Below, piece after piece: positions 11,885 to 25,889 of a stretch of DNA of 64,000 bases. The DNA is from Syncephalis fuscata S228 (Eukaryota > Fungi > Zoopagomycota): NCBI GenBank assembly GCA_025786725.1, contig JAHLTZ010000004.1, positions 1 to 64,000 of the forward strand. The letters are read 5' to 3'. The position numbers and the translations under genes were made by a program. Each line of letters starts with the position of its first letter. Within the stretch, counting starts at the first letter, position 1. The notes below the pieces were generated by a model. It ran no database searches, was not told where the DNA came from, and saw nothing but the letters and a program-made list of their open reading frames with translations.

Positions 11885-14800
11885 ATGGTGTTGACCGCAC
11901 TTATCCGAACTGGCCGTGTCAATCTACTACATTCTTCGTTTTTGCCGTCTGGCACGGTCAATCAAGCTCGCCAATTACGACATGGTAACGTAGTATTACG
12001 ATGTTCGGCCGCAACTACTGCCGGTAGTAGCAAATTACCAGCACTAAAACGCTTTCAATCAACGCAAACCAAACCTCTAAGCTCTAATACAGCTACAGAC
12101 GACTCGTTGGACACTCAAAAGACATTTCAAGTATACTTTGACAATGTATATCCTATTCGTTTAGCTCATTATGATCCACGCTTTCTATTCTACACGCGCA
12201 ACGCAACGAATAACGCAGCAGGTCGATTACGCGACTTTATTCTAAAGAAGTCTAAAATTGCCGCTGCTGAAGCCATTGCGGCTGATCCTGATCCTTTACC
12301 GGTCAACACAGCGACAAAACTTGATGCGTCAGGAGTAGCCGTCACTTCATCGCTACCATTCAATGCAATACTAGGCGATGCAATACCACGCGTTAAAGAT
12401 GGAGGTTTATTTATTACTGTTCACTATGATGGTCCAGAAACAACTACAGGTAACAAACAAGCAGAGCAGCAAAGAAAAGAAGAAATTGTGGCGGTAATAC
12501 GTGATCTTTTACAGGATGGACCACGATTGTGGTTTAATTTACGCAGATCGAATGTTTATTTAGTGCGTGGTAAGCCATTTGTTGAAGATTTGGCATCGCA
12601 CTATCCATCAACACGTCTTCGCGTTGAGCTATTCAACGAAGATTTACAAACAACACCACGTCCCGAACGTATCTACAGCGCTTTTCGAGAATATGGTCGT
12701 ATTAGTAGTATTCGGATGCCACCACCATCAAGCTACTTTCCACGCTCTGTACTTGTACGCTATTCGAATAGAAGAGCTGCAGCAGCGGCTAAAAACTGTC
12801 TTCACGGCTATGAACTTCGTCTACGTAATTCGATCGATCATTATGCCAACTTTTCAATTCAATATGAACCGAATGTTAAGCTAGTTAAACTTGTTATTAA
12901 TTGGTTCTCATCACATCCGCGTATTACGCTACCATTATTGCTAGCATTGGCAGCTGTCATCACCTATACCGTCTTTGATCCAATGCGTGAGTTTTTTATT
13001 CGCCGTGAGGCTGAAGGCATCTTTAATCTCGATCGGTATGCAAGTGGGCTACGGCGATTGGGCAGTCGACTATCTGGTCAATCAAACCATCGCCGACACC
13101 GACAATCGGATGTGGAAACATTGCAAGAAAATTCAGACAATTTGGATGGCAATTCTGCAGAACCTGACATGAATGCATGGCAAGGACGTGCCGATGATGA
13201 AGAACAACTCCGACGCTGGCTCGATGAACCACCTAGTACATTTATTGTAGTTGATGGCCCACCAGGCAGTGGTAAGACTGAACTGATCAATCAAGTACTC
13301 GAAGACCACGATATGTATTTGACCATTGATTGTGATACATTACTATCTTCACGTAATGATGACGAAATGATCGAGAAACTTGCTCGACAAATAGGCTATC
13401 GGCCCTATTTCCAAGCATATATCTGGATAAGTAAACTGATTGATAGCATGGTAAGTTGTAGTCAAATACGTATAATTAATATTATATTTATTATTGTACC
13501 AATTTATCTTTAGGTGGCTGCAACAACCGGTGCCGATACCGATCTATCTTCCAGTGCACGTGAACGCTTTAAAGAAGTGCTTGGTACTTGTAGCGAAGCA
13601 CTTGAATGTCTAAATGATGATACTTACATTGAACGACTATTCCGTCGACGTGGTACCAGTCGAAAGCATCAAGTACTAACCAAGGGCAAGGAAGATGCAC
13701 CACCGGAGAGAAAAGAATATCCAATTATTATTTTAGATGGCTTCTTTAATGTAGCCGGTGAAAATAACGATCAGATTTGGTATGATTTAGCTGATTGGGC
13801 CAGTGCACTTGTAGAAAGAGTAAGCTATTTAATGAATACTAAATAATGTATAATTAATTATTGGTATAGCGTGTAGCACATGTGGTATTTGTTTGCCGTA
13901 ACGGAGCTGCAGCTGAATTGCCATTGAATCGGGCCATGCCTCACAAGAGCTTTAGCACCATTTCATTACGTGATGGTGGTTCTGAAGTGGCACTTAATTA
14001 TGTAAAAACTCGCTTAGGTGATCGATATGTAGCTACCAAGCGATTAGTTCCATGTATAACCGCGCTAGGTGGCCGATTAAATGACCTTGAAACATTTGTT
14101 CAAAAGGTAATAGTATATAATAGATGATAGGCAATAGTATTAACAATATTTATTTTGTTTGTAGGTACTTAGTGGCATGTCTCCTGAAAAGGCACTTGAA
14201 GACATTATTGGACGTGCTGAGGCAGAATTACGCAAATATGTTATGCGAGACCCAGTATCGTCAGATGCCAATTTGCATTCAAGTAACCAAACGAATACTG
14301 CTACTAACAGCAATGACAAAGATATGTCACGCAACAAATCAAGTCTAATGCGTCGTAGCACGAGTAATATTAATGCCGCATCATCATTTAATATTACGTG
14401 GTCTTCATTGCAATTCTGGAGTATCATTACACTATTGGCCGAACACGATACTATTTCTTATGATGCAGTACGTCAACATGCACTATTCCATGGTAGCGAC
14501 ACAGCACTACAGGCAATGGAACGAGCCGATCTTATTCATTTAGAGCGGCGACATGGCCGACCATTTGCCATTGGACCAGCCAAATCGATTATCAAGTTGC
14601 CTTCCAACGTATGCTTAGAGATCAACGACTAGTGTTATGGATGCGTCGTCGTATACTTACAGTGACCCGAGTTAAAGAATTAAAACGAGTCGAAAAATGC
14701 GAGGAAGAATTGCGTACGTTAGGTGAAATTGCCAAAGGCTTAAAGCAATTGTCGGTCCTTAGCGATACAACAGTTAAAAATACACTTGAAAATCGTGTCA

Positions 14801-14922
14801 AGGCTATTACTTCAGTTATGAAGATGTCAAGTGAGAAAGTAGGGGCTTATGATAGGGAAATTACGGCCATTGCTCAAGAATTGGCCGATCTAGGTGTGCC
14901 AGATAGTGCAAGTTCATCGTAA
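11885..14922 (+). CDS. YME2: Mitochondrial escape protein 2 (Yme2/Rna12): RRM + TM + P-loop domain
   Basis: Presequence-like N-terminus; YFDNVYPI, PRVKDGGLF, VRGKPFVEDL...PSTRLRVE, AKNCLHG, WFSSHPRITLP, VFDPMREFFI, GPPGSGKT and LGGRLNDLE motifs. Introns 13451-13513, ~13820-13870 and 14107-14164. 1-nt frameshift at ~14590. Confidence 0.93.
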
Positions 14923-15088
14923 TTGGTCGTAAAAGTTCAATAAATAAAAAGTTTATTTCAATTATTATCGCAGCAATGTATTCATGGACGTATGATGTTT
15001 TAAAGTATAGATAATGGTTGTATATACGATCACTACTACTTGCTGATGTTTAAAGTCCATTTTACTTATGATGGCAATATATCCTGAC

Positions 15089-16752
15089 TTATTTTCTTTG
15101 TTGTTGGTGTATTGATTCGCATTGAGGAGGTGAATTCCGACCAGGCACGACGTGTATTTCCCTTATGAATAACAATGATATACCAGCAAGGAATCCCGCT
15201 AAAAGGAATAGTAGGCCAAGTAGTGAGGGAAGATAGTAAGGTGCTGATCCATGTACATAGTCTTGAGGCGGTACAAACGGGAATACAGCCAAGAAGATGG
15301 AGAAGAGAAGAAAGGCAAAAGCAACATTAACCAGACGCGGAATGGGCGTTCCTTCTCGGGTTCCGTTTTACGCAGTACAATTAGACCGGCAACAGTAAAG
15401 CCAAAGAAGAGCGATTGTGGATAGCCACTCATGGTAATTAAGAAATCGAACGCTTTACCTGGTGGCGGTGCAATCATAAAAACGACCGAAATCACCCAAT
15501 TAAACAGCAATGCATTGACAGGTGTGCCATAGTTCGTGTTCACTTGACTAAAGAACCGAGCAAATGGGAAATAGTTTTCTTTGGCTGCAATATGAATTAC
15601 TCGGCTGGCGGTGAAGATGGTTGCGGCTAATGTGCCGTATGTACAAATAGCAATAAGTATAGGCAGGCCAACTCGGCCAAAGTAATGGCCAAATACAATA
15701 TTCGAAAAAGTACCGGCCAGAATCTCTCGACTTTCAAACGCCAGTTGTTCCGGTACAACAGCGACATAAGCAATATTGGCAAGCAAATAAAGTAGTGTTA
15801 CAACAGTCATGCCACCAAATGAAGCAATAGGCAAATTACGTTGGGATTTTTAAGTTCGCCAACACAGAAGTTTAATGCATTCCAGCCACCAAAGGCCCAG
15901 AATACGCTAAACATAGCATTGGCATAGTTGCTTACATCGGTCGAGGTACCTTCAAACATCTTGTCCCAATTGCCGGCATTAGGTATGCTAGGTGCACCAC
16001 CAGCTAAAATAACGACACCTGTAATAGCGAATACTAATAAAGTAATAATTTTAACAAATGTGATGCCATTCTGCATACGAAGTGCCCATTTCGTACTGAC
16101 TATACAGACAAGCGTAATGGCCGTTGCAATAAATAGACCAATGCCGCGGGAATACCAATCATAATTTTGTTTAAGTGAGTTGTCGGGTAGTTCCGATGGT
16201 GCACCATAGATGGCGTAAAGAATATAGCTGCCAAACACAACTGCATTGGCTGAAACACAGTTAGGCTGAATACATCTAAATGATAATAGCAATCATATGT
16301 TAATAATCAATAGATCTATTACAACAATCATATACTGTACTTACATAATTGTACACCAGCAAAAGAGAAACGAAAATAGTTCGCGTGGTCGTTTGAACGC
16401 ATATGCAAGATAGGCTTGTTCACCACCACTTTTGGGCAACATAGTGCCTAGTTCAACGTAACATAGGGTGCCTAGATAGGAAACGAAGCCACCGACCACC
16501 CACATAATAAGCGCCATACCAGGTGAACCGACAAGTTGCCATACAAAACCAGGTGTTGAAAAGATACCTGAGCCAATAATCATACCAATGACAATCGATA
16601 TGCCCGATGGAATACCCATGTTGGTTCGAGAACTGCATCTGAATGTCCATGTCTATCGTGTTTGAATGATGACGTTCCGACCCTTTGCTGGGTCGACCGA
16701 TTAAGCTACCATTATTCTCAATGGTGCTCATGCTTGTTGTAGCGTTAGACAT
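15089..16752 (-). CDS. APC superfamily, L-type amino acid transporter (LAT/Mup1-like permease)
   Basis: IGMIIGSGIFSTPG, CYVELGTMLPKSGGEQAYL, WAFGGWNALNF..GELKNP, YLLANIAY, TASRV and TPVNALL motifs. Intron ~16276-16344. Frameshifts at ~16620, ~15841 and ~15328. Confidence 0.9.
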
Positions 16753-18464
16753 TATTTAGTCTATATTAAGCAAAACTATCTACGCCGCAGCAAATTTTTA
16801 CTAAATGTTAATGGACTAAACGAAAGAAAAGCAGTATGTAGATTGGAATAAGGCACAATGAAGTTTTGGCAAAATCAAGTCGCAAATTTATACTGTTTTT
16901 TTATTGATGGCGTGTTTGTTATGCAGTCACGGTCCTATTCAATAGTGGCCGCTAAGGGCGACCTCACAGAATAATCTACACCATCCAGGTTATTATTTTC
17001 GTGTATAATATAGAAACACGCTACTGCGTTACACATATCTGCAGTATTCATGTCAGATGACTATGGTAATGAATAGTACAAGGCCGGGTATAGATAGATG
17101 AAATACAATACAGCTAGTAATAGCTACTTTGCCATTATTTATCAACTAATTGCAATAATTGTAAATAACCAAGATAATAGGACTATAAAATCCATTGTAT
17201 TGTGTTTATGTGCTATGAATCAATGTACTAAAAGTCATTAATTGCATTTTGTAGTTATTTTTTTAATTTGCCGCTCTTACTATAACGAATTGTTGGCTGC
17301 GAATAACCACGAGATGAATTAATAAGGCATTTTAACATTGCAATTATCCTATAATAGATATTGTCATGAGGTCTCAATTGAGATGAGCTCATATTCGACC
17401 AATCAATGGCGGATTAATACATTGAATGGCAACTACACGAAAATAAAAACTAATTATTAAGGATAAAAAACCGCATGGCACATAGTAATAGAATATCATA
17501 TTAAGGGGGTGTATTAACATGTAACAGGTGGGTGTGTATCTGATACTCATTACTCGGCATTGCTTAAGCAAGCATTTCATAAACAAGATCTACATTAGTG
17601 TGTATCATTAGAATGAATACTTTCATTAATTTCTATGTTGCTGCATGTTGTATTTAATTTGTTGCAATAATATAAATACCACAACTATTTTTACATCCGC
17701 TTAATTAATGAATGATCATTATTGTGTTTATTCGCTTGAATATTGTCGGACTGAATTTGCTGGATCGTCGCTAAACAAACTCCGCTTACTTGCTAATTAC
17801 GGCAATACTCTGCAATGCTTCACCTCTCGCTCCTCATACTTCCTACACATACAGGCACACTCGCCCTTTAACCGCACTATTACTTTTTCATTTTACTTGT
17901 TTTACTGACATTAACTACTATCTAAAACAAGTATAGACTTGTTTATTTGCCACTGTTAACTGTTGTCATTGCTGTTAAATGGTATAGAGCTGTGCAGCTA
18001 GTGAATGGCCGTCTTTATTTGTTCACTTATAACAACAACAACAACAATACAATAGTATCTATTTCTACTTTTTGTTCATTATTCCAACTCGATTGTCGCT
18101 TATTAGAAAGACAGGCTAGTACGATAGATATACTACTCGGCGGTCTATTGATAAGACACCAAGTCGACATTCCAACTAGATTCGGTCATTAACTACCTAT
18201 TGGGTAAGTGTCTGTGCCGTTACTCTCTTCGTATACAGGCCAAACTTCCCCTTCTTGTTATTTGCCATTATATAATGAAACATAGGCCGTGTCCCCTTTT
18301 CACTCTCCAACTTCAAACCGCACTACTTATATATAGATTTAAAACAGTCTAATCGTTGCTGTCTTCACCTCCTTGCCTTGACACGCTTTAAGTTGTATCT
18401 CTCGAGATAAAACATTACGTGTAACGCTTGCATCTTATTGCTTCATTTTAGCCTTGTATCAGTA

Positions 18465-18517
18465 ACAGTATAGCAATAGCAATAGCAATAGCAGCAGCAG
18501 CAATAGTAGTAGCAATA
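18465..18517. repeat. Compound microsatellite (GCAATA)n/(GCA)n/(GTA)n upstream of the Uds1-domain gene
   Basis: tagcaatagcaatagcaatagcagcagcagcaatagtagtagcaat seen directly. Confidence 0.7.
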
Positions 18518-19003
18518 ACTATTATTGTAGCATTATAGTAGGTTATACCTCATTGACTACCTTGGCATACTAGTAGCTGCTTCAAGTATAGTCTATTCCA
18601 ATTAAACTATTCTATTGATGCTTGACATTTGTGTGTTTGTAGACGTGCAGCCATCGATCTAGCTGCATTGCATACTTTCCAACACTTGCCATTATTATCA
18701 TTATTATTATTAACTTTTACATTTATGTTTGCTAACACGTGGTGTCCGTACAAATAGCGCTGTTAAGCGATTGTATTTTCTGGTCGATTAGCCGGTTATT
18801 ATTGTTTCACACAGGCAATAATACCAGAACGTGCACACAAACACTTATATCGACTATTCTTGTCACTTTTGCACTCGTTCATCTCCACAAACACTTCTCT
18901 TTGCTGCTGTGATCGCCTGGAGCGCTGTCTACACCCCTGTCATTCCTTTTAACTCGATTATTTTCTACTGTCACTCATTGACGAGCATCTCTTTTTATTT
19001 AAT

Positions 19004-22000
19004 ATGTTGCGTAAATTGACCGGAGGCATAAGCAAAAGGTCGGCCAAAACGCCTACTGATCAAGCAGTGCCATCGACCACTTTCTTGCCTTCATTTGCGC
19101 CTAATAACAACAACAACAACAAAAGTAATAGCAATAATAACAGCAACTATTATTATTCTAATGAATTACCAAACCATGGAAGTCAAATGTATAAGCCGTC
19201 ACCACAAGTACCCCTACAAAAAGTGTACACCTCAAACGACAAATTACCTGACCGATATGTAGCTGGTGATAGTATTCCAATGTCCAAATCTCATACAACA
19301 CCGTCCCTACTAATGGCATCGAAGAATCAGCAGTTATTGGCGCCCAATATGCCTATACAGCCATCAGCCATATCTAATAGTAATAATGGCAGCAACAGCA
19401 CAATAATCAGTACCGCCTATGCCAATCGTTCTCAGCCCAATTTAACAGTTCAACATGAGATCAATAATTCAATTAAGAAAAATACACCCTCTCATATTGT
19501 AACGCCCAATTTCCAGTATCCAAAACGTGCACCTCCACCACTGACCCCATTAAATACTGCACATCAACCGCATAGTAGTTCAAGTAGAAAGAAATCACAG
19601 CGTGCACAGAATGAACGATCAGCTAGATCAGCACCCGGTACACCCGTTCAACAATTTCATCCAGCATTTCAGGGTAGCCGTGTAGACTATAGCCACTCGT
19701 CAAAGGCATCTCTATCAAGTCTGGCTGATTTAGAGGAAAGCTTAAATAATATTATTGATGCGCACCGTAAAGAACCAGTGCCGGCTATTCCAGCACATAT
19801 TATTGCTAAGCTTGAACAGCTGAATGATAATAACAATAGTGCTGCTAGTTTGCCTATTATGAACGATCATCGACCACGTAATCCACACGGTGCTCTAACT
19901 ATTAATACTGATGATCGGTCATTACAACATAGTCATAGTGTTAATGGAGCAACTCAGCCATCGACATCGCCGTATTTACCTACAGCATCACCAGGTGGCA
20001 AATGGTTACGTCATCGACAACAGACACCGAGTTTTATTGCCCCACCACCACCATCTGAATCGCCACCAGTTCATTTACGTAATTCAGTGATTAGTAGTCG
20101 GGCCAGTACGTTAGCTGCCAATGGTAATGGTATACGCCAATCATCAAATATATATTCATTTAGTGCAGTGGCGCCCTTGTCGTCTAATACACCAGTCATT
20201 ACACGTTCAATGGCTGATTCAAGTGCTTCAATGTCGCCACGTTCACCTAATATGTCAAATAATACTGCTTCACACCATATTGGTAGTCAATTACAAGCAT
20301 CAGTATCAGTAACTACTCTACGACCCATATCTGAATTATCAATGGATGATAAAGCAAAAGAGCATAATAATAGGCGGCCCAATACAACACTACGTGCCAA
20401 TGATGGATTAAAGCTTACAGTACCTGGTTTGACACTATCAAATCAGGATACCAATCGAGTACAGTCACTTCATGATGCAGACTATATTGATTATCCAGAT
20501 GTTACACAGCAGCTTATAGCACGGATGATGACCGATACACAGTCGTATAAGCCATTATCTGCAGGAGAATTTAATAAGTTGTCAGATGTAAGTAATTATA
20601 CCAATAGCTATTTATTTGTTAATTAATCAACTAATTAAATGATAGGAATTGAGTATGCTGCAAGCTCGGCTAAGTATTCTTCGTGATGCACATGCCAAAG
20701 AAGTACGCATTCTAGACTGTGCTGTGTCATTACTACAACTTCATCGAGGCGGAAAGAATAAACGTGCTGAACGAAAGGCCATGGATGAGCTGCAGATCGC
20801 TTATGAAAAAGTCAGTAAAGTGCTACTTGATCTATGGCGATTAAGTCTTCGTATGGCCGAGGTCCGTTCGCAAATGAATGACCATCAATCGGCGGTATTG
20901 CGTGTAGGCATGTCACGATTGGATGCCACGAATCGTCGTTTATTAACGGCACGGGACCGTAAACGTCGAACAATTGTTTCGTCGGTTTTATTTAGTGAAA
21001 CGGATATGGCATTGATTGATAGTATGAAGGAGAAGAATGCCAATATGAATGAGCATTTGCAAGTGGATAAAGATAAGGCAGATAAAAATGCCCAAGCACT
21101 TTTAGAAGCAGAAGCACGTATTCGTGAACTTGAAGAGGCACTGGTAGAGACGAATGAAGACTTGGAACGGGCTCGTGAAGAAACGGAATCAGCCAAGCGA
21201 GCATGTGAAACAGAAGCCAGTACTGCCGCATCTGCTCGTTATCAATTACAAGAAGTGGGCCGTTTATTAGCATTAATCGCCCCTAATGCAGTATTAGATG
21301 ACAACGAGCATCACCATGGCTCATTAAATGATGCAACACATCGTATTTCTGCCACATCAACCGGTTCCAATATTATATTGAGTCGTCTTGAGCATGTACA
21401 TGATGAAGTCGAGGACTATCGTCATCGTATACGTCAATTGGAGGAGGAGCTTATTAAACAGTCACAAGCGGCCATTGATAGTGAATTTGCTGATACAAGC
21501 CATTTAGAAGAGGATGAGCGTGATTATAATACATCTAACGATAAGCCATACGATCTAGCAGCTGTAGATACTATTGCAGAGATTCGTCAAGCTTCTGAAG
21601 ATGAACTCAATTCATTACGACAACAATTGGAAGCGCGATCAGTTGAAGTATCAGATCTACGTGAACAATTGGAAGAAGCGTGCTGTGATGTAAGAGATTT
21701 AGAATTATGTCAAGAAAGTATTGTTACACCATTGCAAGATATGTTTTCTGTGTTGCCACCTGCGCCATCAACTATTGCTGATGACGACACTTCATGTACA
21801 TTTACATTCCCTGGATTCCTGGCTCGTGTGGAAGCACTTCGGTATAAATACACAGTGCTGGCCAAGGATTCAAGTGTTCGTCAACTTGATGATCGTTTGT
21901 CAACAAGTAGAAACTCGGCTCAATCTAGCTCTTCTCAGCATCTATCGTATATTAGTGGTGCCATGTCATCTACACGGGATAGTACGTACAATGATAGTGA

Positions 22001-22541
22001 AATGGATGCATCGATGCATGCTATATCTTCAGCATCACTATCGCGTATACAAGTTATAGCATCGCCATTAAAGCATAATAAGCCAATGGATTTTACACCT
22101 CAATATCCGTCTATACTAAAAGGCGCGGAACACCTGCAGAGTCAACGACACGAGATAAAGACGGCAGAACGTATAGCTAGTGGAGGAAAGAATGGCCAAA
22201 ATGAATTGGGCGAGCATCGTACATCAGATGGGTCTACTAGTTCACTGACTCAAATAGGCCAATCCTATGATATGACTAGAGAGGATTCGGACTATAGTAA
22301 TGATGCAGCTCAATTGATGACGCCGATGAGTTACTCGGCATCTTCATCAGTGCCAGTGATGCCAAAGAAACAGCCATACGAAGCACATGACCATGATCAG
22401 TTGGCACGACTATCACCATCTCTACAACCATGGCCAATGGTAGATCCAAAACATGCCATGATGTATAATCATTCTAGTGGTCTAGACCGACTACTGGATC
22501 AGCTTGATTCAATTACACCACATGAACAACAGCAGTCATAA
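19004..22541 (+). CDS. Uds1 (up-regulated during septation 1)-domain coiled-coil protein
   Basis: Intron 20588-20645 joins two long ORFs in frame. The segment DTQSYKPLSAGEFNKLSDELSMLQARL...EVRILDCAVSLLQLH...DELQIAYEKVSKVLLDLWRLSLRMAEVRSQMNDHQSAVL matches the Uds1 pattern. Long coiled coils follow. Confidence 0.8.
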
Positions 22542-22781
22542 TGGCGGATTGATCATATTACTACTACTATTTACAAATAGTTACCTATTTTTATTTATGT
22601 TTTTTATTGTTATGATATGTTTTAATTTAATAAATAGTTATGATAACTATACTATAGTGCTATAAACATTCTTAATAAATAGTCAATTGGATGATAAAGA
22701 ATTAAAAGTATTATAATAAAACGCGTATACTCTATGGAAATATGTTTATTAATTTATACAACCTAACGTAATGTTAGACAT

Positions 22782-24200
22782 TTACTGATTGGTATAAAAT
22801 AAATTGCTTGACAAATAAAAGGATTCAATACGTTTACGGAAATTATCTAACGAGTCGATTTGTGCCTGTTGTTTCATTGTTTGATTTCGTAGTTGAATAA
22901 TCTCGCATGACATTGTATGGATTACTGCATTTAATTTTTCAACTTTGGACTGCTCCACCATAGTTATGTCAGATGCCATTGATGGCATATATGGAAATGG
23001 GTGCTTCTTCTCGCTTTGAAACGTTGGCATCGACAATTTATCGACTAGAGCTGGACCTGGTGGTGTAATACCTGCATCAGTGTTATTGCTGGCCAGCTGG
23101 AAAAGATCCGATGATAATGTACTGTATAAATTGGCAGTTGAATAAAATAAATTTGACGGTTTATCGTTGATTGTAACAACTTGGGGTGGATAGCGACCTA
23201 ATAGGGAGAAACGCATTAAATATCTCTGTACAAATCCCCAGGTCTGTAGACGTTGATGTCCAAATAACAGTGTATAGAAAAGTGTAAGTAGAAGAGTAAA
23301 ACCGCCGAGTAGGCTTAGGAAATCAAGCCAGTATAGCTCTGGTTCATTTGAGCGTACTTGAACTAAATACGCGCCACTCCCATCGTTGGCGGGTGTATTG
23401 GTCGATTCCATGGTAATAGTACCATTGTTACTAAACGTAGTTGGTGTTACCGATAAATCAACACTATAGCTCTTTTTGCTTTCTTGACCCGTTACTTTAT
23501 AGTATGCTCTAATTTGAATACGACAGTCGTAGCCTTGAGTGATACTGCATTTACGTCCTGGATCAAGCGAGGCAAGATCTAGCGGCTTTGAGGCGTTGTT
23601 GACCGGTTTTAGCTTGGCTATATCATCAATAACAAATATTTCAATAGGGCGTGGCTTATTACTGTTTTGCCATTGCATTGCCATGCGAATTGTATTGAAT
23701 GATATTGGTTTTGTTTCGTTGTAAAAGAATCCTTGGTCATAGCCTAACTTAGACCAATCGGTGTTTGTTGCAAAGTACCATTGTGGCAATGGTGCAAAGG
23801 TCCAGACGTTATGCGTATTCGCGGCCATTGATGCATCTTTCTGTGATACCAATGGTGTGTAGATAACATTGGATCCCCAAGTTAAAGGACGTATTGTATC
23901 GTCAGTAAAGTTACCCACTACCGGGCTTAGTGCATTGTTAATGTTTGAAAGAAATGACGTCTCAATGGTTGCCACATCATTAAAGCTGTTTGGTGTTAGT
24001 ATTACTAGAGCAGGTGGTCGAACGTCTTCGGTTTTAATGCTTGTTGTGCGGGCTGTAATACTAGGGAATGTGGTACGGCAAAACTGGAAAGCAAAGTAAG
24101 TTGCTAGTAGAATTGTTAATGCGATGATGGTTGTTATGCGAAGAACATGTAGGCCAATAGGCTCTTTTAGATTTGATATTTTCAAAGATTTAAATAACAT
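22782..24200 (-). CDS. Two-TM membrane protein with a large extracellular loop and a C-terminal coiled coil (LFG..RL..WGFVQRY family)
   Basis: Intronless ORF of about 472 aa. TM1 ITTIIALTILLATYFAF, a ~250-aa loop with several N-x-S/T sites, TM2 WLDFLSLLGGFTLLLTLFYTLLFG, and a cytoplasmic coiled coil. Confidence 0.8.
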   Translation of the reverse strand: MLFKSLKISNLKEPIGLHVLRITTIIALTILLATYFAFQFCRTTFPSITARTTSIKTEDVRPPALVILTPNSFNDVATIETSFLSNINNALSPVVGNFTDDTIRPLTWGSNVIYTPLVSQKDASMAANTHNVWTFAPLPQWYFATNTDWSKLGYDQGFFYNETKPISFNTIRMAMQWQNSNKPRPIEIFVIDDIAKLKPVNNASKPLDLASLDPGRKCSITQGYDCRIQIRAYYKVTGQESKKSYSVDLSVTPTTFSNNGTITMESTNTPANDGSGAYLVQVRSNEPELYWLDFLSLLGGFTLLLTLFYTLLFGHQRLQTWGFVQRYLMRFSLLGRYPPQVVTINDKPSNLFYSTANLYSTLSSDLFQLASNNTDAGITPPGPALVDKLSMPTFQSEKKHPFPYMPSMASDITMVEQSKVEKLNAVIHTMSCEIIQLRNQTMKQQAQIDSLDNFRKRIESFYLSSNLFYTNQ

Positions 24201-24460
24201 AGCGAACAAGTTATTTAATATGCTACAAACAAATGCAGTACAAAATGCAGAGGCTTAAAAATGGAATGCCAGTCAATGGGAATAAACACTTTGCAGCAAC
24301 TAAGCAGGTTTTAACACAAATATATATCATGGACTACTCAATTATAATGTCATTGTTCAAGTACGCCTTTGGTACATAGAAGTACAGAAATAATCCCACC
24401 ACATGCCAATGTATAGTAAAAACAATGCTATTGAAAACCAGTTTTACATGCTCATTTAAT

Positions 24461-25149
24461 TTACTTGTGCGCACTCATACTAACATCTATGGTGTCAGCA
24501 GACTCGTCTTCATCCTGCACAACATCCTTTGAACCATTAGAGCCTGCTGTTTCGGTATCGTCGTCAATTAGGGCAAGTAGTTCGGTAACAATTGCATCCT
24601 GGCCCTGGCCCTGTGCTTCTGTCATGGCACTGCATCCATTATGATTTTTAATCTGTAATAGTGCAATTCGTTAATTGATTTATTTAAAAGTGGTATTCAT
24701 ACCCTGTCAACTGCTTTTGTTGTACATATATTAAGTTACTTACATTAACATCGGCATTGCTTTTAGTAGTTGGGCAACAACTGCTTCGTGCCCATTAAGT
24801 GCTGCCCAGTGTAGTGCCGTGTTGCCTTCGCCATTTTGAGCATTAATATCCTCGGACAGAGGAAATCGACGACAAAGCAATGTAACAATATCTGCGTTTT
24901 ATTAAAATGGTTAGTAAAATCAGTGATACATATATATAGTTTATTGAGTTCTTCTACGCAATAATACTTACCAAGATGTCCATTGGCACATGCCATATGT
25001 AAAGGTGTGTTGCCATTGGTATCGCAAAGTTCGTGGAGTAGTACTCTAGGGTTTGCATCTAGTATCTGTACAAGCTCCTCACTCTCATCATATCGCGCAC
25101 AACTAAGTGCTTCGGTAGCCAGATCACTGTTATTCATAGAAGCAATCAT
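24461..25149 (-). CDS. YAR1: Small ankyrin-repeat protein with acidic tail (Yar1-like)
   Basis: EALSCARYDESEEL, GNTPLHMACANGHL and GNTALHWAALNGHEAVVAQLL ankyrin repeats plus an acidic C-terminus. Two introns. Probable 1-nt deletion at 24761-24764. Confidence 0.8.
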
Positions 25150-25867
25150 AACAAATAAAAGAAAAAAGAAAAAGAAAACTATCGTCATTGTAATTTGAAA
25201 CCATCTTGATTGGATAAATGGTCACAGTTGCAACATTGTGTTACGCCTCACTGAAGGCTTTTTTTTTAATTACTGATGTTTATTAGACATTAATTTATAC
25301 TGGTAATAATCGGTTTGACTAGAATATCTATATTAACAATGATTAATATAGATATTATTTGCATAACAACTAAATTTCAAAGGTTTGGTGGCCCATGTAC
25401 TAAAAGTTCAACTCGCAAACTACAATGCAATGAAAGTTGGCATACTTATGATAACAAGTTTATTCATTATTTTTGTTATATTCTCTATTTTAACTATTGA
25501 TATATTTTAGAATGTACCGATATTTTGTGTAGGTTGGTTTTATTCTTTAGTACACTCTGCAACTAATTAATTAAACTTGCTTGTCTATAAATATTGACTG
25601 ACAGGATCCACAGTTCACATTCTACATTATCGCCTTTTTCTTTCTCTTTCTCTTTCTCTAATCTAATAGTATATATCCATTGATATTCCTCCATATTTTA
25701 TGTATATCGCAAAAGTCTATTGAGCGGTGTTTGGCTTGCTATAGATCATCATTGCAATTCGTGTTGGTAGTAACTTGCATAAACTCAATAGTAGCAAGCC
25801 TTACTGTATAGTGCTGCGACTTGTTCAAACGACCATACTGAATGAATGAACGTGGCACCGTTGCTAT

Positions 25868-25889
25868 TATATATATATATATATATATA
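25868..25889. repeat. (TA)n microsatellite
   Basis: About 11 TA units seen directly. Confidence 0.8.
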
